Source: a virus (lineage: Duplodnaviria; Caudoviricetes). Taken from it: 57,699 bases of DNA. A program made the position numbers and the translations under genes. Shown here piece by piece: positions 8,881-19,171 of this stretch. The notes beneath the pieces are model-generated. The model saw only the letters and a list, made by a program, of their open reading frames with translations. It searched no databases and was not told where the DNA came from. The stretch's first letter is position 1. Each line of letters starts with the position of its first letter. The stretch spans positions 1 to 57,699 of IMG/VR virus record IMGVR_UViG_3300047547_000110; one strand, written 5' to 3'.

Positions 8881-9693
8881 CTAAACGATCGAACTTCCGT
8901 CGAACGGGTTGCGACTTGGAATCCAGGGAAAGCCCCCGAAGTTGTCGAGATTGTTGAATTTGGTGTCGCACGTCGTGCGCAGGTGGTCACAGCCCGGGTA
9001 GAGCTTCACCACCTGGCCCGTCGTGAGGCTAGCTAGCGGCCTGGACAGAGTAACCACGCCGGCAGAGTGCGCGACAATGAAACGGGACGAGTTATCAGGG
9101 GCGACAAGGATGCCGCCCGTTAACCAGCCATCAGCGTAGACGCCTGCGACACCTGCCACTTCCACGTTGAGGCCACCTGTCAAGGTCAGCACGAGGTTCT
9201 CGTGCTTGTAGAGCTCACGGTTGACTCCGCAGCCGCGTGCATAGAGAACATGGCGGCAGCCGTACTCGAACTTGGCACGAAGACCAGGACGACGAATGGA
9301 GGTATAGACCGGCTCACATTCCAGCTCGATCTGCGAATCCGTCGCCTTGGCGGAAAGCACACGACCTTTCCAATAGACGATGTACTGGTTGTCAGGATCG
9401 CCCCAATGCCCACGCAGGATGGTCACCGTGGTAATCTCTTCAGGAGCAAAGCCTAGGAACTGCGAGGCGAACTCATCATCCCGCGGGAAGGTGAGCTTCA
9501 TGCTGTTCTTGAAGATGTCGGTCGACTGCTTGACCCGATCGCGCTTGATAGGGCTCGGCTTGTAGGTCTGCCCTAGACGCACGATCTGGTCGGCGCCGCT
9601 GATGTAGTTCCAACGCGAAAGACCCTGGATGAACTCATAGAGCTCAACCGGGGTCCCTTGCTGGACCGAATTTTCATACGTGGCGTAGGTCAC
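8881..9693 (-). CDS. Tail tip hub protein, DUF2163/BR0599 family
   Basis: C-terminal PGCDH...C..KFNNLDNFGGFPWIP motif. Confidence 0.85.
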   Translation of the reverse strand: MTYATYENSVQQGTPVELYEFIQGLSRWNYISGADQIVRLGQTYKPSPIKRDRVKQSTDIFKNSMKLTFPRDDEFASQFLGFAPEEITTVTILRGHWGDPDNQYIVYWKGRVLSAKATDSQIELECEPVYTSIRRPGLRAKFEYGCRHVLYARGCGVNRELYKHENLVLTLTGGLNVEVAGVAGVYADGWLTGGILVAPDNSSRFIVAHSAGVVTLSRPLASLTTGQVVKLYPGCDHLRTTCDTKFNNLDNFGGFPWIPSRNPFDGSSIV

Positions 9694-9696
9694 TCA

Positions 9697-11382
9697 CTAG
9701 TCTCCTTCGGGGACCTCGACCACGGCCACGGTGCAGCTCGCGCGCCCCGCATAGTCGTGATTGATGTCGGCATTGTCGGTGTCCAGCCGGACGTGCTTCA
9801 TGAAGCAAACCAGGTCGATGTCTGCGACATTGAAGGCAACACCGAAGCTTGCTGACATGGCTAGGACTTCGTTGCCGCTTGGATCAGTTGCCGCCGACAA
9901 GACGCGATTGAACAAGAGAGTGCCATTGTTCAGCTGGACCATGATGTCAGTGGTACCATAATACAGCGGATAGCCGATCGGCCGAACCGTTATGCTGGTG
10001 GCCGAGCTTGACACGTTTTCCAACAAGATGAGGTCACGGTTCCAGCCGGGTAGCCAGAACGTACGCTGCTTGCCACGGCGAGCGTGGAGCCACTTGCGCA
10101 TCCGCCAAACATCGGCGCGGTTCTGTGGGTCCATGCTGAGCACCTCAGTCCGATCGGGGTACGCACGTTCCTGGTCAATGGTCACCGGGCCAGACCCGTT
10201 GTCAAAGACGTCGACAGCCCGGACGATCTTCTCAGACATATCTGAGAGGACCACGGAGCGGTCAGTCATCACATCCTTGGTGCGATAGGTCGGATAACCG
10301 ATGGAGGCTCCGAGGTCCACATTGTTGTTCACCAGGAAAGCCAGGCGCGCCCGAGTCACGGTATGCGCCATGCGGCTGAACTCGCTGCCTTGGAGTGTCC
10401 TGGCGAACCTGAGAGGCATCACGTAGGCGTTCGAGTATGATTGGTCAAGCGGCAACTTCAGGGTGATGCTGCCGGCCGTCAGAGTCGTCGTCTCTGCCGC
10501 CACAAACTTGGTATCGCTCTCCCAGACCAGCACGATGTCATTCGCGCGGTAATCAGCATTGGTCGTGTCAAACACGATGGACGTGATGCCGGCAGACAGA
10601 TTGCCAAGGCGAGTGGCTTCAGCCCAGATGGGCGCGCCATACACACGATGTGCCCACTGCGTGCTGATGGCCTTGGCCCGTGAGTATTGCTGCTGGTCAA
10701 GCTGGAAGTCGTACTGCAAGGTCTGGCGAGCCGCAGCACGCAAGGCAAGACGCTGCTCAGCCGAGTAGGCCTGCATGACGTCAGTCATCCACTGAAGCTG
10801 CTCGCGGAACTTGGTCTGCGGAACGAAGGGCCACACAACTACGCGGCGGCCGGTAATGTGCAGAGTGGGAGTCTCACCAGGGAAGTGGAACTCATACTCG
10901 CCATCGATGACCGGTGCGCCATTCGTCGAGATGCTGAGCGTGTATATACGCGACTCCAGTGCCTTGAACGTGGTGGGAGCCGGAGCGGGCTCGGCCAGGT
11001 CGATGCCGTCAAGACCCACGTCGGTGATGCTGGAGAGGAGCTTGCCGACGAAGTAGGCGTTCCAGACTTCCACCTGACGCGTCTGACTGGATAGCAGGTT
11101 GCCCAGGTCGATGACGCCAGGACGCACATGAATCCGATAGTAGTAGTCATCCAAGAAGGAAGGCATGCGCCAGCCTGCTGAGCTGGATTTAGGCTCCAAG
11201 TCAATTGGCAGGTTGTCCGCTACAGTTGCCGCGCCCAAAGGCAAGTTCTCAAGTACAGGCTGGCGGAACGGATACGACTGATCTGTATGACCGCCAATCT
11301 CCGTGATATTAGGGGCCTCCTGCGGAGGCGGCTGACGGCGCTCGTCAAACGCCATCAATCCGTAGGTAGTCACCACTGCCAT
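9697..11382 (-). CDS. Virion structural / distal tail protein
   Basis: Position after TMP-linked genes; EQRLALR, RRGKQRTFW motifs. Confidence 0.75.
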   Translation of the reverse strand: MAVVTTYGLMAFDERRQPPPQEAPNITEIGGHTDQSYPFRQPVLENLPLGAATVADNLPIDLEPKSSSAGWRMPSFLDDYYYRIHVRPGVIDLGNLLSSQTRQVEVWNAYFVGKLLSSITDVGLDGIDLAEPAPAPTTFKALESRIYTLSISTNGAPVIDGEYEFHFPGETPTLHITGRRVVVWPFVPQTKFREQLQWMTDVMQAYSAEQRLALRAAARQTLQYDFQLDQQQYSRAKAISTQWAHRVYGAPIWAEATRLGNLSAGITSIVFDTTNADYRANDIVLVWESDTKFVAAETTTLTAGSITLKLPLDQSYSNAYVMPLRFARTLQGSEFSRMAHTVTRARLAFLVNNNVDLGASIGYPTYRTKDVMTDRSVVLSDMSEKIVRAVDVFDNGSGPVTIDQERAYPDRTEVLSMDPQNRADVWRMRKWLHARRGKQRTFWLPGWNRDLILLENVSSSATSITVRPIGYPLYYGTTDIMVQLNNGTLLFNRVLSAATDPSGNEVLAMSASFGVAFNVADIDLVCFMKHVRLDTDNADINHDYAGRASCTVAVVEVPEGD

Positions 11383-11383
11383 G

Positions 11384-12385
11384 TCAGGTCACCTTCTTGT
11401 AAGCGATGCCGCGTTGATAGCTGCGCCCGTTTTTCTGGTACCAAGGGAAGACCTTCCAGGTGTCGGAACCGAGGGTGAACTCGTCACCAGGCAGGTAGTT
11501 CGTCATGTCCATGTAACGGATACCTGGTACGACGCCAACCGGGTGCAGATACTCATTCGCCCGATTCACCGAGACAACATTCGGGGTCAGGATACCGATG
11601 CCATTGAGCGGGTTCGGGGAGGCATCACGCAAAAGCTTGTCATGTACCCCACCGCCTTGGCAAGACTGCGGAGTCACCGACGCAACACCGGTGCGTTGTG
11701 AAGAGCACCAGTTATCAAATGAGTCAAAGGCCGCGCGTACAGCAGAACCAATCTGCGTAGTTGTGCCATTGTAATCAGCAGCCCGGAATGGCACCTCTTC
11801 CAACGCATAGGAGCCATTGTCAATTTCAGAGCCAAGCCACGAACTCGGGCTTGTTGAGTTGGTCACTGAGGCCGAGCTGCCAGTTGAGTAGAAGAAACGA
11901 CCGCCACCAGGAGTGGATGGGTTGAACAAGTCGAGAGACCCGAAGCCCATGCGCTGGAACGTGCCCGTGGTAACTTCCACTTCCAGATAAATGGTCTTGC
12001 TGTCTGGCGCGAACAGGTAGTAGGCAGGAAAAGGGCCGGTGCTTGTCACGAACGGCATGTGCACAGTCCATTGGTCGGAGCCTACCGTGCCACTCGTGCG
12101 GATCGGGTAGCCTGCCTGGCGGTCCCACGTGCTGCCGGACGCAAAGCCGTCCGAGCCGTTCATGCTGATCCCGTAGCGGCTTGTGTAGTTCGAGCCGTTG
12201 CTGAAGACTGTCTCGTTCTGGTAGGACCGCATGTTGTAGTACGCCGCGCCCTTCGACACGCAAAGCTCGCGACCGGAGCCGACGGTCACCCAGCGGTTCA
12301 CAGTCCAACCTTGCGCAATTGCAAAGAGACGCAGCTTGTCCAGTAGATCATTGGGGCCAGTAGATGCCCCGGTCTCGTATGCCAT
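11384..12385 (-). CDS. Virion structural (tail) protein
   Basis: MAYETG start; beta-rich; tail operon. Confidence 0.75.
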   Translation of the reverse strand: MAYETGASTGPNDLLDKLRLFAIAQGWTVNRWVTVGSGRELCVSKGAAYYNMRSYQNETVFSNGSNYTSRYGISMNGSDGFASGSTWDRQAGYPIRTSGTVGSDQWTVHMPFVTSTGPFPAYYLFAPDSKTIYLEVEVTTGTFQRMGFGSLDLFNPSTPGGGRFFYSTGSSASVTNSTSPSSWLGSEIDNGSYALEEVPFRAADYNGTTTQIGSAVRAAFDSFDNWCSSQRTGVASVTPQSCQGGGVHDKLLRDASPNPLNGIGILTPNVVSVNRANEYLHPVGVVPGIRYMDMTNYLPGDEFTLGSDTWKVFPWYQKNGRSYQRGIAYKKVT

Positions 12386-12395
12386 GTGTCTCTCC

Positions 12396-13925
12396 TCAGT
12401 TCAAGGCCATCGCCCAGTACTCATGCGGTTCCGTCCGCGCGACGTTCTGGAAGATGATGTAGTTGGTACCGGCAAAAGTCGTTGTATTCTCAGACGCGTT
12501 GGAGAAGCCCGAGATAGCCATGCAGCCCTCAAGCTCACCCCACACGGCCGGCGTCGGGAGCCGCTGGTGAATGATAAGCGGCTGCAGCAGATAGCCACCG
12601 CCAAGCACTTCGCGGTAGTCGCGACGCGGAGCGGTAGAGCCAACGTTACGCACGGAAGTTGGCCACACTCCACGACGCAGGCCGGCCTGGGTGTACGGGT
12701 AGCTGAGCGGCTGCGTCATCTCGGTCAGCGCGTTTGCATCGGCGCTACTACCGTAGCGGTTGCCCACGTAGCCCCAGACGCCGTCCGGCGTGCGGAGGTA
12801 GAGCGAGCAGCTGATGGTCTCGGTCGTGCCGGTCGGCGAACTCTCGGCGGCCGGGATCGGGAACACGCTGTGTTTCTGGTTGTTGTAGGAGTAGCGCCAC
12901 GGGGTGGAGCGGTCGCCGTCGGTTGGCACTAGGGAGCCGCCTACGGCCAGCGGGTACGGGTACTGCGCCGGCGTTGCGTAGGGGAGTATGAACCCGAGGT
13001 ACCCGCCCTCGAAGGACGTCGAGACCTTCACGCCGAACACGAAGGACCGGCCGTTCGCACGGAACCAGTAGGGCATGGCGACATTCCAGCACGGAACCAT
13101 GGGCACGTTGAGCGGGCTGCCACTCTGGTAGTGCGGGATGGCGCCGGGCTGCTTGAACCAGCTGGTCTCGTTGGGGTCGTAGCCGGTGTAGCCGTTGAGG
13201 AAGAGGTTGTACCAGCCGTTTGCCGCGTCGTACTCCGAGCGGATGCCCGTGTAGATGGCGTCGGTCCCGGACGTGCCGGTGGCCTTGAGCAGGACCTCGC
13301 TGCCGAAGTGGTTCGCGACGTCGCCGCCCGCGTCCAGCAGCAGCAGGCACTTCCAGTAGACAGAGCCTGTAGTCGCACCGTCCTGCTTGCGGTCGATGAT
13401 AATACGCCAATACAAATGCGACCCCGGTGTGCCTGGCACAGCGAAGTCACGCGTCTGGTGCATGATGTAGGCTGGATTGCTGTTAACCGTCAGAGCTGTC
13501 GTCCAGGATGAGTTATCATCCGAATACTGTAGCCGGAAGTTCTGCAGCATGCCTGTGGTGCCAGTCCCGTCATTTGCAGCCTGCATGCGTACTGTCGCAA
13601 TAGCTTTGGCCGCCTTCAACGTGATGGTGATCTGGCTGGTGCCAGCTACGTAACTCGTGCAGGTTGTGGAGCCCGTGGTCGTGTTGTCTGGTATGTTGGA
13701 CCCAATCGACCGCGGCTCATAACGGAAGCTGTGCAGAATGCGCCGGTTCGCATAAGTTGCGCTCTCCACCAGGTTGGTGGAGATGCCAGCTACATTGTCA
13801 CGGAACTGGCGAAGGACTTGCCACTGCTGGCTGGCAGACACCAGCGCCGAGTTGGTCGTCAGGAAGCTCACGATCTTCCCGAACAAGTCCTCCAGGTTGG
13901 ACGCGGTGCCTACCTCATTTGCCAT
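12396..13925 (-). CDS. Virion structural (tail) protein with discoidin-like domain
   Basis: FRLQYSDDNSSWT...YWRII motif; directly after TMP. Confidence 0.75.
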   Translation of the reverse strand: MANEVGTASNLEDLFGKIVSFLTTNSALVSASQQWQVLRQFRDNVAGISTNLVESATYANRRILHSFRYEPRSIGSNIPDNTTTGSTTCTSYVAGTSQITITLKAAKAIATVRMQAANDGTGTTGMLQNFRLQYSDDNSSWTTALTVNSNPAYIMHQTRDFAVPGTPGSHLYWRIIIDRKQDGATTGSVYWKCLLLLDAGGDVANHFGSEVLLKATGTSGTDAIYTGIRSEYDAANGWYNLFLNGYTGYDPNETSWFKQPGAIPHYQSGSPLNVPMVPCWNVAMPYWFRANGRSFVFGVKVSTSFEGGYLGFILPYATPAQYPYPLAVGGSLVPTDGDRSTPWRYSYNNQKHSVFPIPAAESSPTGTTETISCSLYLRTPDGVWGYVGNRYGSSADANALTEMTQPLSYPYTQAGLRRGVWPTSVRNVGSTAPRRDYREVLGGGYLLQPLIIHQRLPTPAVWGELEGCMAISGFSNASENTTTFAGTNYIIFQNVARTEPHEYWAMALN

Positions 13926-13939
13926 CTCTATTCTCCTAA

Positions 13940-16423
13940 TCAGTATCCCAGCGATTGCTGGTTGCGTTGCACCACGTTCATGATGAGCTTCTCGCCCTCG
14001 TCCGTGCCAAGGTAGTCGCCCACCAGGCTCGGGTCGAGCACGTTGATGTTCCGGACATTCACCTGCGCCGGTGCTGCCGCAGGAGCTTGTCCGCCGTCCG
14101 GATAGGTACGGCTGGACAGCTCACGCCCGCGCACCGACGCCGGACCACTCACCAGCTCAGGACCATACTCACCCACGATGCCGATCTTGCCAGCAGGAAT
14201 CTGACCGCCTTGGTCGTAGGCGCCAGAGAACTGCGAGCCGTTAATCTGGGAGACAATCGACGCGCCAGTAGCCGCCACGCGGGCCATCTCTGCCAAGTTA
14301 GCCGGGAAGCCCAACTCCTGGGCTTTGGCGAGACCGGTCGAGATGGACATGGCAGCCTGAGCTACGCTGAATGCCTTGCTCACAGCGAATAGTACCCTGT
14401 AAGCCTTCGATTGCTCGCCAGCATACCCTTTTGCCAGTCCAGCCAGGCCGTCGAACAGAGTCGCGGCACCTTGGAGCTGGGTCTGAATGCGCTGCGTTTC
14501 CATCGCGGCTTGTTCATCGGTGAACTGCTGCTGCAGGCGGCGCAGGAGGTCCTGACGCTCGGTCTCCGTGACGGCTTCACTCTCGAGGATGAGAGCCTTC
14601 TTCCGTTCGTAGGACTGACGCAGAGACTCCTCTTCGGTCAGCAGGGAGTTGTACAGACTGTCCCTCTCTGCTTGCCGTTGTTTCTCGATGTCGGCCAGCG
14701 CCTTGGTCCGATCCTCTGCCGTGCGGGCCTCCAAGTCGGTGCGCAGCTGAGAACCTTCCTCCGTGTTGCGGCGAATAATCTCCATCCGCTTGTCGTAGGA
14801 TTCCTGGATGACCTCTTCCTGCGTACGCAGCGAGGAGCGCAAGCCTTCCAGCTCGGCGCCACGCTCGTCTTCCAGCTTCTTCAGCTGCTCAGCCCGGTCA
14901 GCATCGAGGCGCTTCATCAGGTCGATACGGAGCTCACTGCCTGCTTTGGTGTTCGCCTCAATGATCGCCTTGCGCTTCTCGTAGGAGGCTGCGATGGACT
15001 CCTCTTCAGTGCGCAGAGACTCCTGCAGAGACTTGAACTCGTTCTCCTGTTGCTTGCGCTTCTGTTCAGCCGCTTTGGCGGCAGCCTTGTCAACGGAGTC
15101 GCTCGGCTTGGACGTGCCACCCACCTTGTACTGGGCGAGACGATCCACACCAGCGTTGGCCTTCTTCTTGGCCTCAGCAGCGGCATCGTATTCGGCACGC
15201 AGGCGGGAAGCTGCGGCAACCTGGTCATCACTTGCCTTAACGGAAGCATCACGCTCCTGCAGGGCTGCATCCAAGCTATCCAACCGCGCGGACTGGATGG
15301 CCTTCAAGCGATTCTCCAACCGCTGGCCGACGCCGGCAACCGTGTCATCGTTGAAGATGGCCGCAACGCCATCCTTGAAGGCGCCAGCGTAGGCCATCAC
15401 ACGGTCAAGGCCGGCTGCGACCTCCACCGTCATGATCTGGATGAAGGCACGAACGTTGGAAGGCAGGTTCTTGAAGGCACCAATCAGGAAGTCTACGGCT
15501 CCCTTGCCTTCGTCTTCCCACTCGCCGAAGCTGTCCTTGAGGAACTTGGTGACAATCTCGACGGTGCGCTCAATGTCATTACCCCAGGTGTCAAACTGCA
15601 CCGTGATGGACTTCAGGTAAGCCTCTAGCTCACCCGATGCGAGCATGTCGTTCAGCTCCTGTAGTGCATCCGTCGCGAGCCGTACGGCTGCCTCGATTGC
15701 ATCGCCCACGCCGCTCTGAGACACGTTGCGGAAGAGAGCATCCCAGGTGTCGCCCAGGTTGGCGATGGCGCCGTCCAGGGTATCCATCCGGCGCTCCATA
15801 GCACCGGCAAACTGGTTTTCACCCAGAGCTGTCAGGTACTGTTCAATCTCAGAGGCGTTGTTCCCGATGGTCGTCTTGACCCCCTGGAACGTGAAGGTGA
15901 CCTTGTCCCCCTCCTGCTTGGCCTTGATACCGAATTCTTTCAACCGCTCGAACTCACCAGTGGCAGCATCGGCCACCGCTTCGATCATTTGGTTGAGGTC
16001 TTTGCCCATCGCACTGGCAGTGTTGCCGTACGACATGAGGGCGCGCTCACTTGGCGTGAGGCCCAGGTTGACCAGCTTGGTGAATCCCTCGACCGCCTGG
16101 TTGAGGTCATACGGTGTCTTCTGAGCGAAGTCCGATAACGCCTCAAACGCTTGCGCGGCCTTCTCGCTAGAACCGGTCGCTGTGACCAGACCAGCGTTCA
16201 GGACGTCAAACTCGCGTTGGACACTCACCAGCTTGGAAAGAGCTGCGCCCGCTGACACGACAGCAGTCAGCGGGCCAAGCAGCTTGGAGAAGGCTCCGGT
16301 CAAGCCGGATGTGGCGCGCTCGGCTGAGCCGCCGGAGGACGAAAGCCCCTTCAGGCGCCGGTCAGCTTCCGACACCTGCAGGGACTCTACGCGAATTGCT
16401 AGGCTAGCTACGTCGGTTGCCAT
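13940..16423 (-). CDS. Tape measure protein
   Basis: 827-aa helical Ala/Glu-rich ORF with FAQKTPYDL tape-measure motif after tail chaperones. Confidence 0.9.
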   Translation of the reverse strand: MATDVASLAIRVESLQVSEADRRLKGLSSSGGSAERATSGLTGAFSKLLGPLTAVVSAGAALSKLVSVQREFDVLNAGLVTATGSSEKAAQAFEALSDFAQKTPYDLNQAVEGFTKLVNLGLTPSERALMSYGNTASAMGKDLNQMIEAVADAATGEFERLKEFGIKAKQEGDKVTFTFQGVKTTIGNNASEIEQYLTALGENQFAGAMERRMDTLDGAIANLGDTWDALFRNVSQSGVGDAIEAAVRLATDALQELNDMLASGELEAYLKSITVQFDTWGNDIERTVEIVTKFLKDSFGEWEDEGKGAVDFLIGAFKNLPSNVRAFIQIMTVEVAAGLDRVMAYAGAFKDGVAAIFNDDTVAGVGQRLENRLKAIQSARLDSLDAALQERDASVKASDDQVAAASRLRAEYDAAAEAKKKANAGVDRLAQYKVGGTSKPSDSVDKAAAKAAEQKRKQQENEFKSLQESLRTEEESIAASYEKRKAIIEANTKAGSELRIDLMKRLDADRAEQLKKLEDERGAELEGLRSSLRTQEEVIQESYDKRMEIIRRNTEEGSQLRTDLEARTAEDRTKALADIEKQRQAERDSLYNSLLTEEESLRQSYERKKALILESEAVTETERQDLLRRLQQQFTDEQAAMETQRIQTQLQGAATLFDGLAGLAKGYAGEQSKAYRVLFAVSKAFSVAQAAMSISTGLAKAQELGFPANLAEMARVAATGASIVSQINGSQFSGAYDQGGQIPAGKIGIVGEYGPELVSGPASVRGRELSSRTYPDGGQAPAAAPAQVNVRNINVLDPSLVGDYLGTDEGEKLIMNVVQRNQQSLGY

Positions 16424-16751
16424 GCTGCACCTTCCAGAATATACGGTCGAGGGACTTAATCAGCTCGGCCTCCCAACCCTGCAGACGCTTCCCCGTCATG
16501 CTGGACCAAGACTGCAGCTCGGTATACGTCAGCGGCTCACCCGCAAACACCTCCCGGAACCACTCCCAAACATACCGAAGCTCCTCGGGGAGCTCCGGCG
16601 CATTTTCGAGCTGAGGCGGCTTGCGCTTCAGCGTCTTCCAAACCTGCATGAGAGAAGCACGCAGGGACTGTTTTGAGCCCTTAGGGATTAGGTCGAGCCG
16701 GAACTCGTGCTCGGCGAAGGCTGCGAGCTGTTCGACCGCCCCACGAAAAAA
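16404..16751 (-). CDS. Tail assembly chaperone, -1 frameshift extension (gpT-like)
   Basis: -1 frame is open from the slippery site through to the stop at 16404. Confidence 0.8.
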   Translation of the reverse strand, partial: FFRGAVEQLAAFAEHEFRLDLIPKGSKQSLRASLMQVWKTLKRKPPQLENAPELPEELRYVWEWFREVFAGEPLTYTELQSWSSMTGKRLQGWEAELIKSLDRIFWKVQHGNRRS

Positions 16752-17140
16752 AGTGCCCGCTTGCTCGCTGCCAAGTCGATGGCATCCATGATCTGCGGAG
16801 CCTCCTGGAAGAAAGCATCGACTGCATCAGCCGTGCATTCCTGCGGGAAGCTCCAGGCGCAAACCAGGGACGCGATCAGACGGCGCTTGCTCTTGGCAAT
16901 CTCCGCTGCCCGCTCCTCGCGAGACTCGATACCGGCGATGCGGAAAGCGTCACGCTTGGACTCCGCCTCAGCAGCGCGGAAGGCATCAGAGTCGACGCCC
17001 AACACGCGCACCCAGTGCTCGCTTTTCTCCCCGGTCGGGAGGTACAGCGGAAGCTGCACTCCCTCGTTGGCCACGCCACGCGTGAAGAAGGCATTCATTG
17101 CGGGAGTTGCCGCCCCCGCGGCGTTGTTATTGTCAGTCAT
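16688..17140 (-). CDS. Tail assembly chaperone (gpG-like)
   Basis: Between major tail protein and TMP; contains slippery heptamer. Confidence 0.8.
   Translation of the reverse strand: MTDNNNAAGAATPAMNAFFTRGVANEGVQLPLYLPTGEKSEHWVRVLGVDSDAFRAAEAESKRDAFRIAGIESREERAAEIAKSKRRLIASLVCAWSFPQECTADAVDAFFQEAPQIMDAIDLAASKRALFFVGRSNSSQPSPSTSSGST
16745..16751 (-). other. Programmed -1 ribosomal frameshift site T_TTT_TTC
   Basis: X XXY YYZ in frame (CTT TTT TTC); -1 shift yields FRGAVEQLAAFAEHEF...MQVWKT. Confidence 0.8.
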
Positions 17141-18306
17141 TATGCAGGCACCCTTTCGATCTGGATGTTTGTGGAAGTTGCCGCGTTCAGGAGAGCCTGG
17201 AACGGCATGCTCAGGGTAATGGGACCCTCGCCCTCAACGTCAGGCTGACCGCCGTTGTACTTGATGCGCGGCAGCGTGAAGATGTACTTGTTGCCAGCGC
17301 CGTCCGGCAGCTCGAACACGATGTTGGACTCGGTCTCGTTGATGAACTTGTCCAGCAGGAGCGAGTTCTCGAAGTACGCCGTGATCTGACCGGAGCAGTT
17401 CGAGCGACCGATCGACGGCCGGATGGACGCCTTCGATCCGACCACGAAGCGAGCCTCCAGGCCGTTCTCCACGTTCAGCTGAATCTCCGTGATAACGGCA
17501 ATCGGCGTACCGGCCTCGTTGAGGGTACCGGTGAACGAGTCGAGCGGCGAGGTGGTAGTCGGTGCAGCGTAAGTGGCGCCAGCCACGATGGCCGTGTCCG
17601 TGGTCATGTTCTGACCGAGAACACCGAGGGTGCCGGTAATCATCGCGTTGGCGCTGATCGCCAGGGCCAGGGTGTTGAACTCGACGCCAGTGAAGCGATG
17701 GTACGGCTTGTCGATGGTGAGGATGTCACCGAAGAAGCGTTCCACCGTGAACGAGCGGCGAACCGTGCCAGCCTTGAGGATAGCGCGGAGGCTATTCACC
17801 TGACGACCAGCCGCAGCGGCTTCCACCACCATGGTCTGGCCTTCAAGCGCGGTCAGCGTCATCACCGTAGCCGTCAAGGCCGAGATGCGGAAGCGCCCGT
17901 TGTTGCCAGCGTTGGTGAAGCCACTGTTGATGACCACATCGTTGACTGCGAAGCCATCAGTCAGGAAGGAACCAGCCGAGCGGACCACCGTGCCCACGGT
18001 TGCTGAGAAGCTCTGCGCGCCAGTGGTCTTGGTCGAGGTCCAGGTGCCCAGGAGCACAGCTTCCAGCAGGTCATCGAAGCTAGCAAAGCTCAGCTCGATG
18101 TTCATGTCGCCCCCAACTTGGTAGGCGCCATGGCGGAAGTCAGCAATCTGGCGATCGTCGCGAATCTCCTCGGACTGCAGGGATTCCTTCGACAGACCCA
18201 GGGTCGTGCTGGTGTGACGAATCGGCTTGAAAGCCGGAGTAGCCGGCGTCGTCCCGTAGGTCGACTCGGCGATGTAACGCATGGAATGGCGGCTGCCGTT
18301 TGCCAT
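17140..18306 (-). CDS. Major tail tube protein
   Basis: ESTYGTTP, SEEIR.DRQ, RRSFTVE motifs typical of phage tube proteins; position. Confidence 0.85.
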   Translation of the reverse strand: MANGSRHSMRYIAESTYGTTPATPAFKPIRHTSTTLGLSKESLQSEEIRDDRQIADFRHGAYQVGGDMNIELSFASFDDLLEAVLLGTWTSTKTTGAQSFSATVGTVVRSAGSFLTDGFAVNDVVINSGFTNAGNNGRFRISALTATVMTLTALEGQTMVVEAAAAGRQVNSLRAILKAGTVRRSFTVERFFGDILTIDKPYHRFTGVEFNTLALAISANAMITGTLGVLGQNMTTDTAIVAGATYAAPTTTSPLDSFTGTLNEAGTPIAVITEIQLNVENGLEARFVVGSKASIRPSIGRSNCSGQITAYFENSLLLDKFINETESNIVFELPDGAGNKYIFTLPRIKYNGGQPDVEGEGPITLSMPFQALLNAATSTNIQIERVPA

Positions 18307-18330
18307 GATGTGTGCTCCTTAAAGTGAAGA

Positions 18331-18753
18331 TCAGTTGCGGGACACCCGGGCAAACCAGGTGACAGTCATGCTCACGCGATACCACCCATCGACTTCCCGC
18401 CCGCGTGAGCGGCCGCAAGAAGCCACCGTGAGCTCGACTCCCGAGTGAGCAAGTCGCTTGCCCGCTTTGAAGAAGTCTGTCAGCTCGTCCGCCTTGGCCG
18501 TCACGGCCGCCTCGCCGGTCATCAGCGGGTAATTCAGGTCGATCTGCAGGAAGCCGTCATGGCCATCCTGACCCTCGTCACCAAGCGTGGCGACTGAAGG
18601 CTGGTTCATAAATACGAACGCCGCTGCCCATGGACTCTGGTCAGTCGGCTTGTCGAATGGAGCGTTTTCAACGGCGTACGGAAGGCCGAGCGGGGAGTCT
18701 TCCACTCCCTGCATCAAAGCCTTCCGCAGTCCCGCGTACGGGTTCACAGCCAT
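18331..18753 (-). CDS. Tail terminator protein
   Basis: GFLQIDL..P...G, FF..G..L pattern; precedes tube gene. Confidence 0.7.
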   Translation of the reverse strand: MAVNPYAGLRKALMQGVEDSPLGLPYAVENAPFDKPTDQSPWAAAFVFMNQPSVATLGDEGQDGHDGFLQIDLNYPLMTGEAAVTAKADELTDFFKAGKRLAHSGVELTVASCGRSRGREVDGWYRVSMTVTWFARVSRN

Positions 18754-18766
18754 ATCCTCGCTCCTA

Positions 18767-19168
18767 TCAACGTCCCAAAGCCGCAGCCTTGGCACTCACA
18801 ATTCTTTGCCACTGAGCAAGATGCCGTCGCACCATGCCTTCGGGCGCTTGCCTGCTCCAGCCTTCGTACTCAATACGCTCGGCATAGGGCAGGTTGTTGG
18901 TAAACCAGACAACATCTGCCAGGCTCCCCAGGTTGGCCATGGCTTCCGCCAAGGCCGCTGCTCCGCTCGGGTCATCTCGGCTAATCTCGGACCCAGCAGG
19001 CGAGTTGATGGTCGTCTGCCAGTTACCGCGAAGCCGACCGGTATCAACCGGCGTGGCCATAATGACCAGCTTGAACAGTTCCAGCACCGAGGCCCTACGC
19101 ACCTTATCGACCTTTTCAAGGGCCTTGATGCCGAAGCCGCGAAGCTGGGATTCAAACCGACCAGCCAT
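18767..19168 (-). CDS. Tail completion / neck protein (HK97 gp10-like)
   Basis: TPVDTGRLRGNW, NNLPYA..IEY.G.S.QAP.GMVR. Confidence 0.85.
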   Translation of the reverse strand: MAGRFESQLRGFGIKALEKVDKVRRASVLELFKLVIMATPVDTGRLRGNWQTTINSPAGSEISRDDPSGAAALAEAMANLGSLADVVWFTNNLPYAERIEYEGWSRQAPEGMVRRHLAQWQRIVSAKAAALGR

Positions 19169-19171
19169 CTC

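Noticed and set aside
4738-13925. Diversity-generating retroelement or invertible tail cassette
   Set aside because: No reverse transcriptase, invertase or template/variable repeat pair seen
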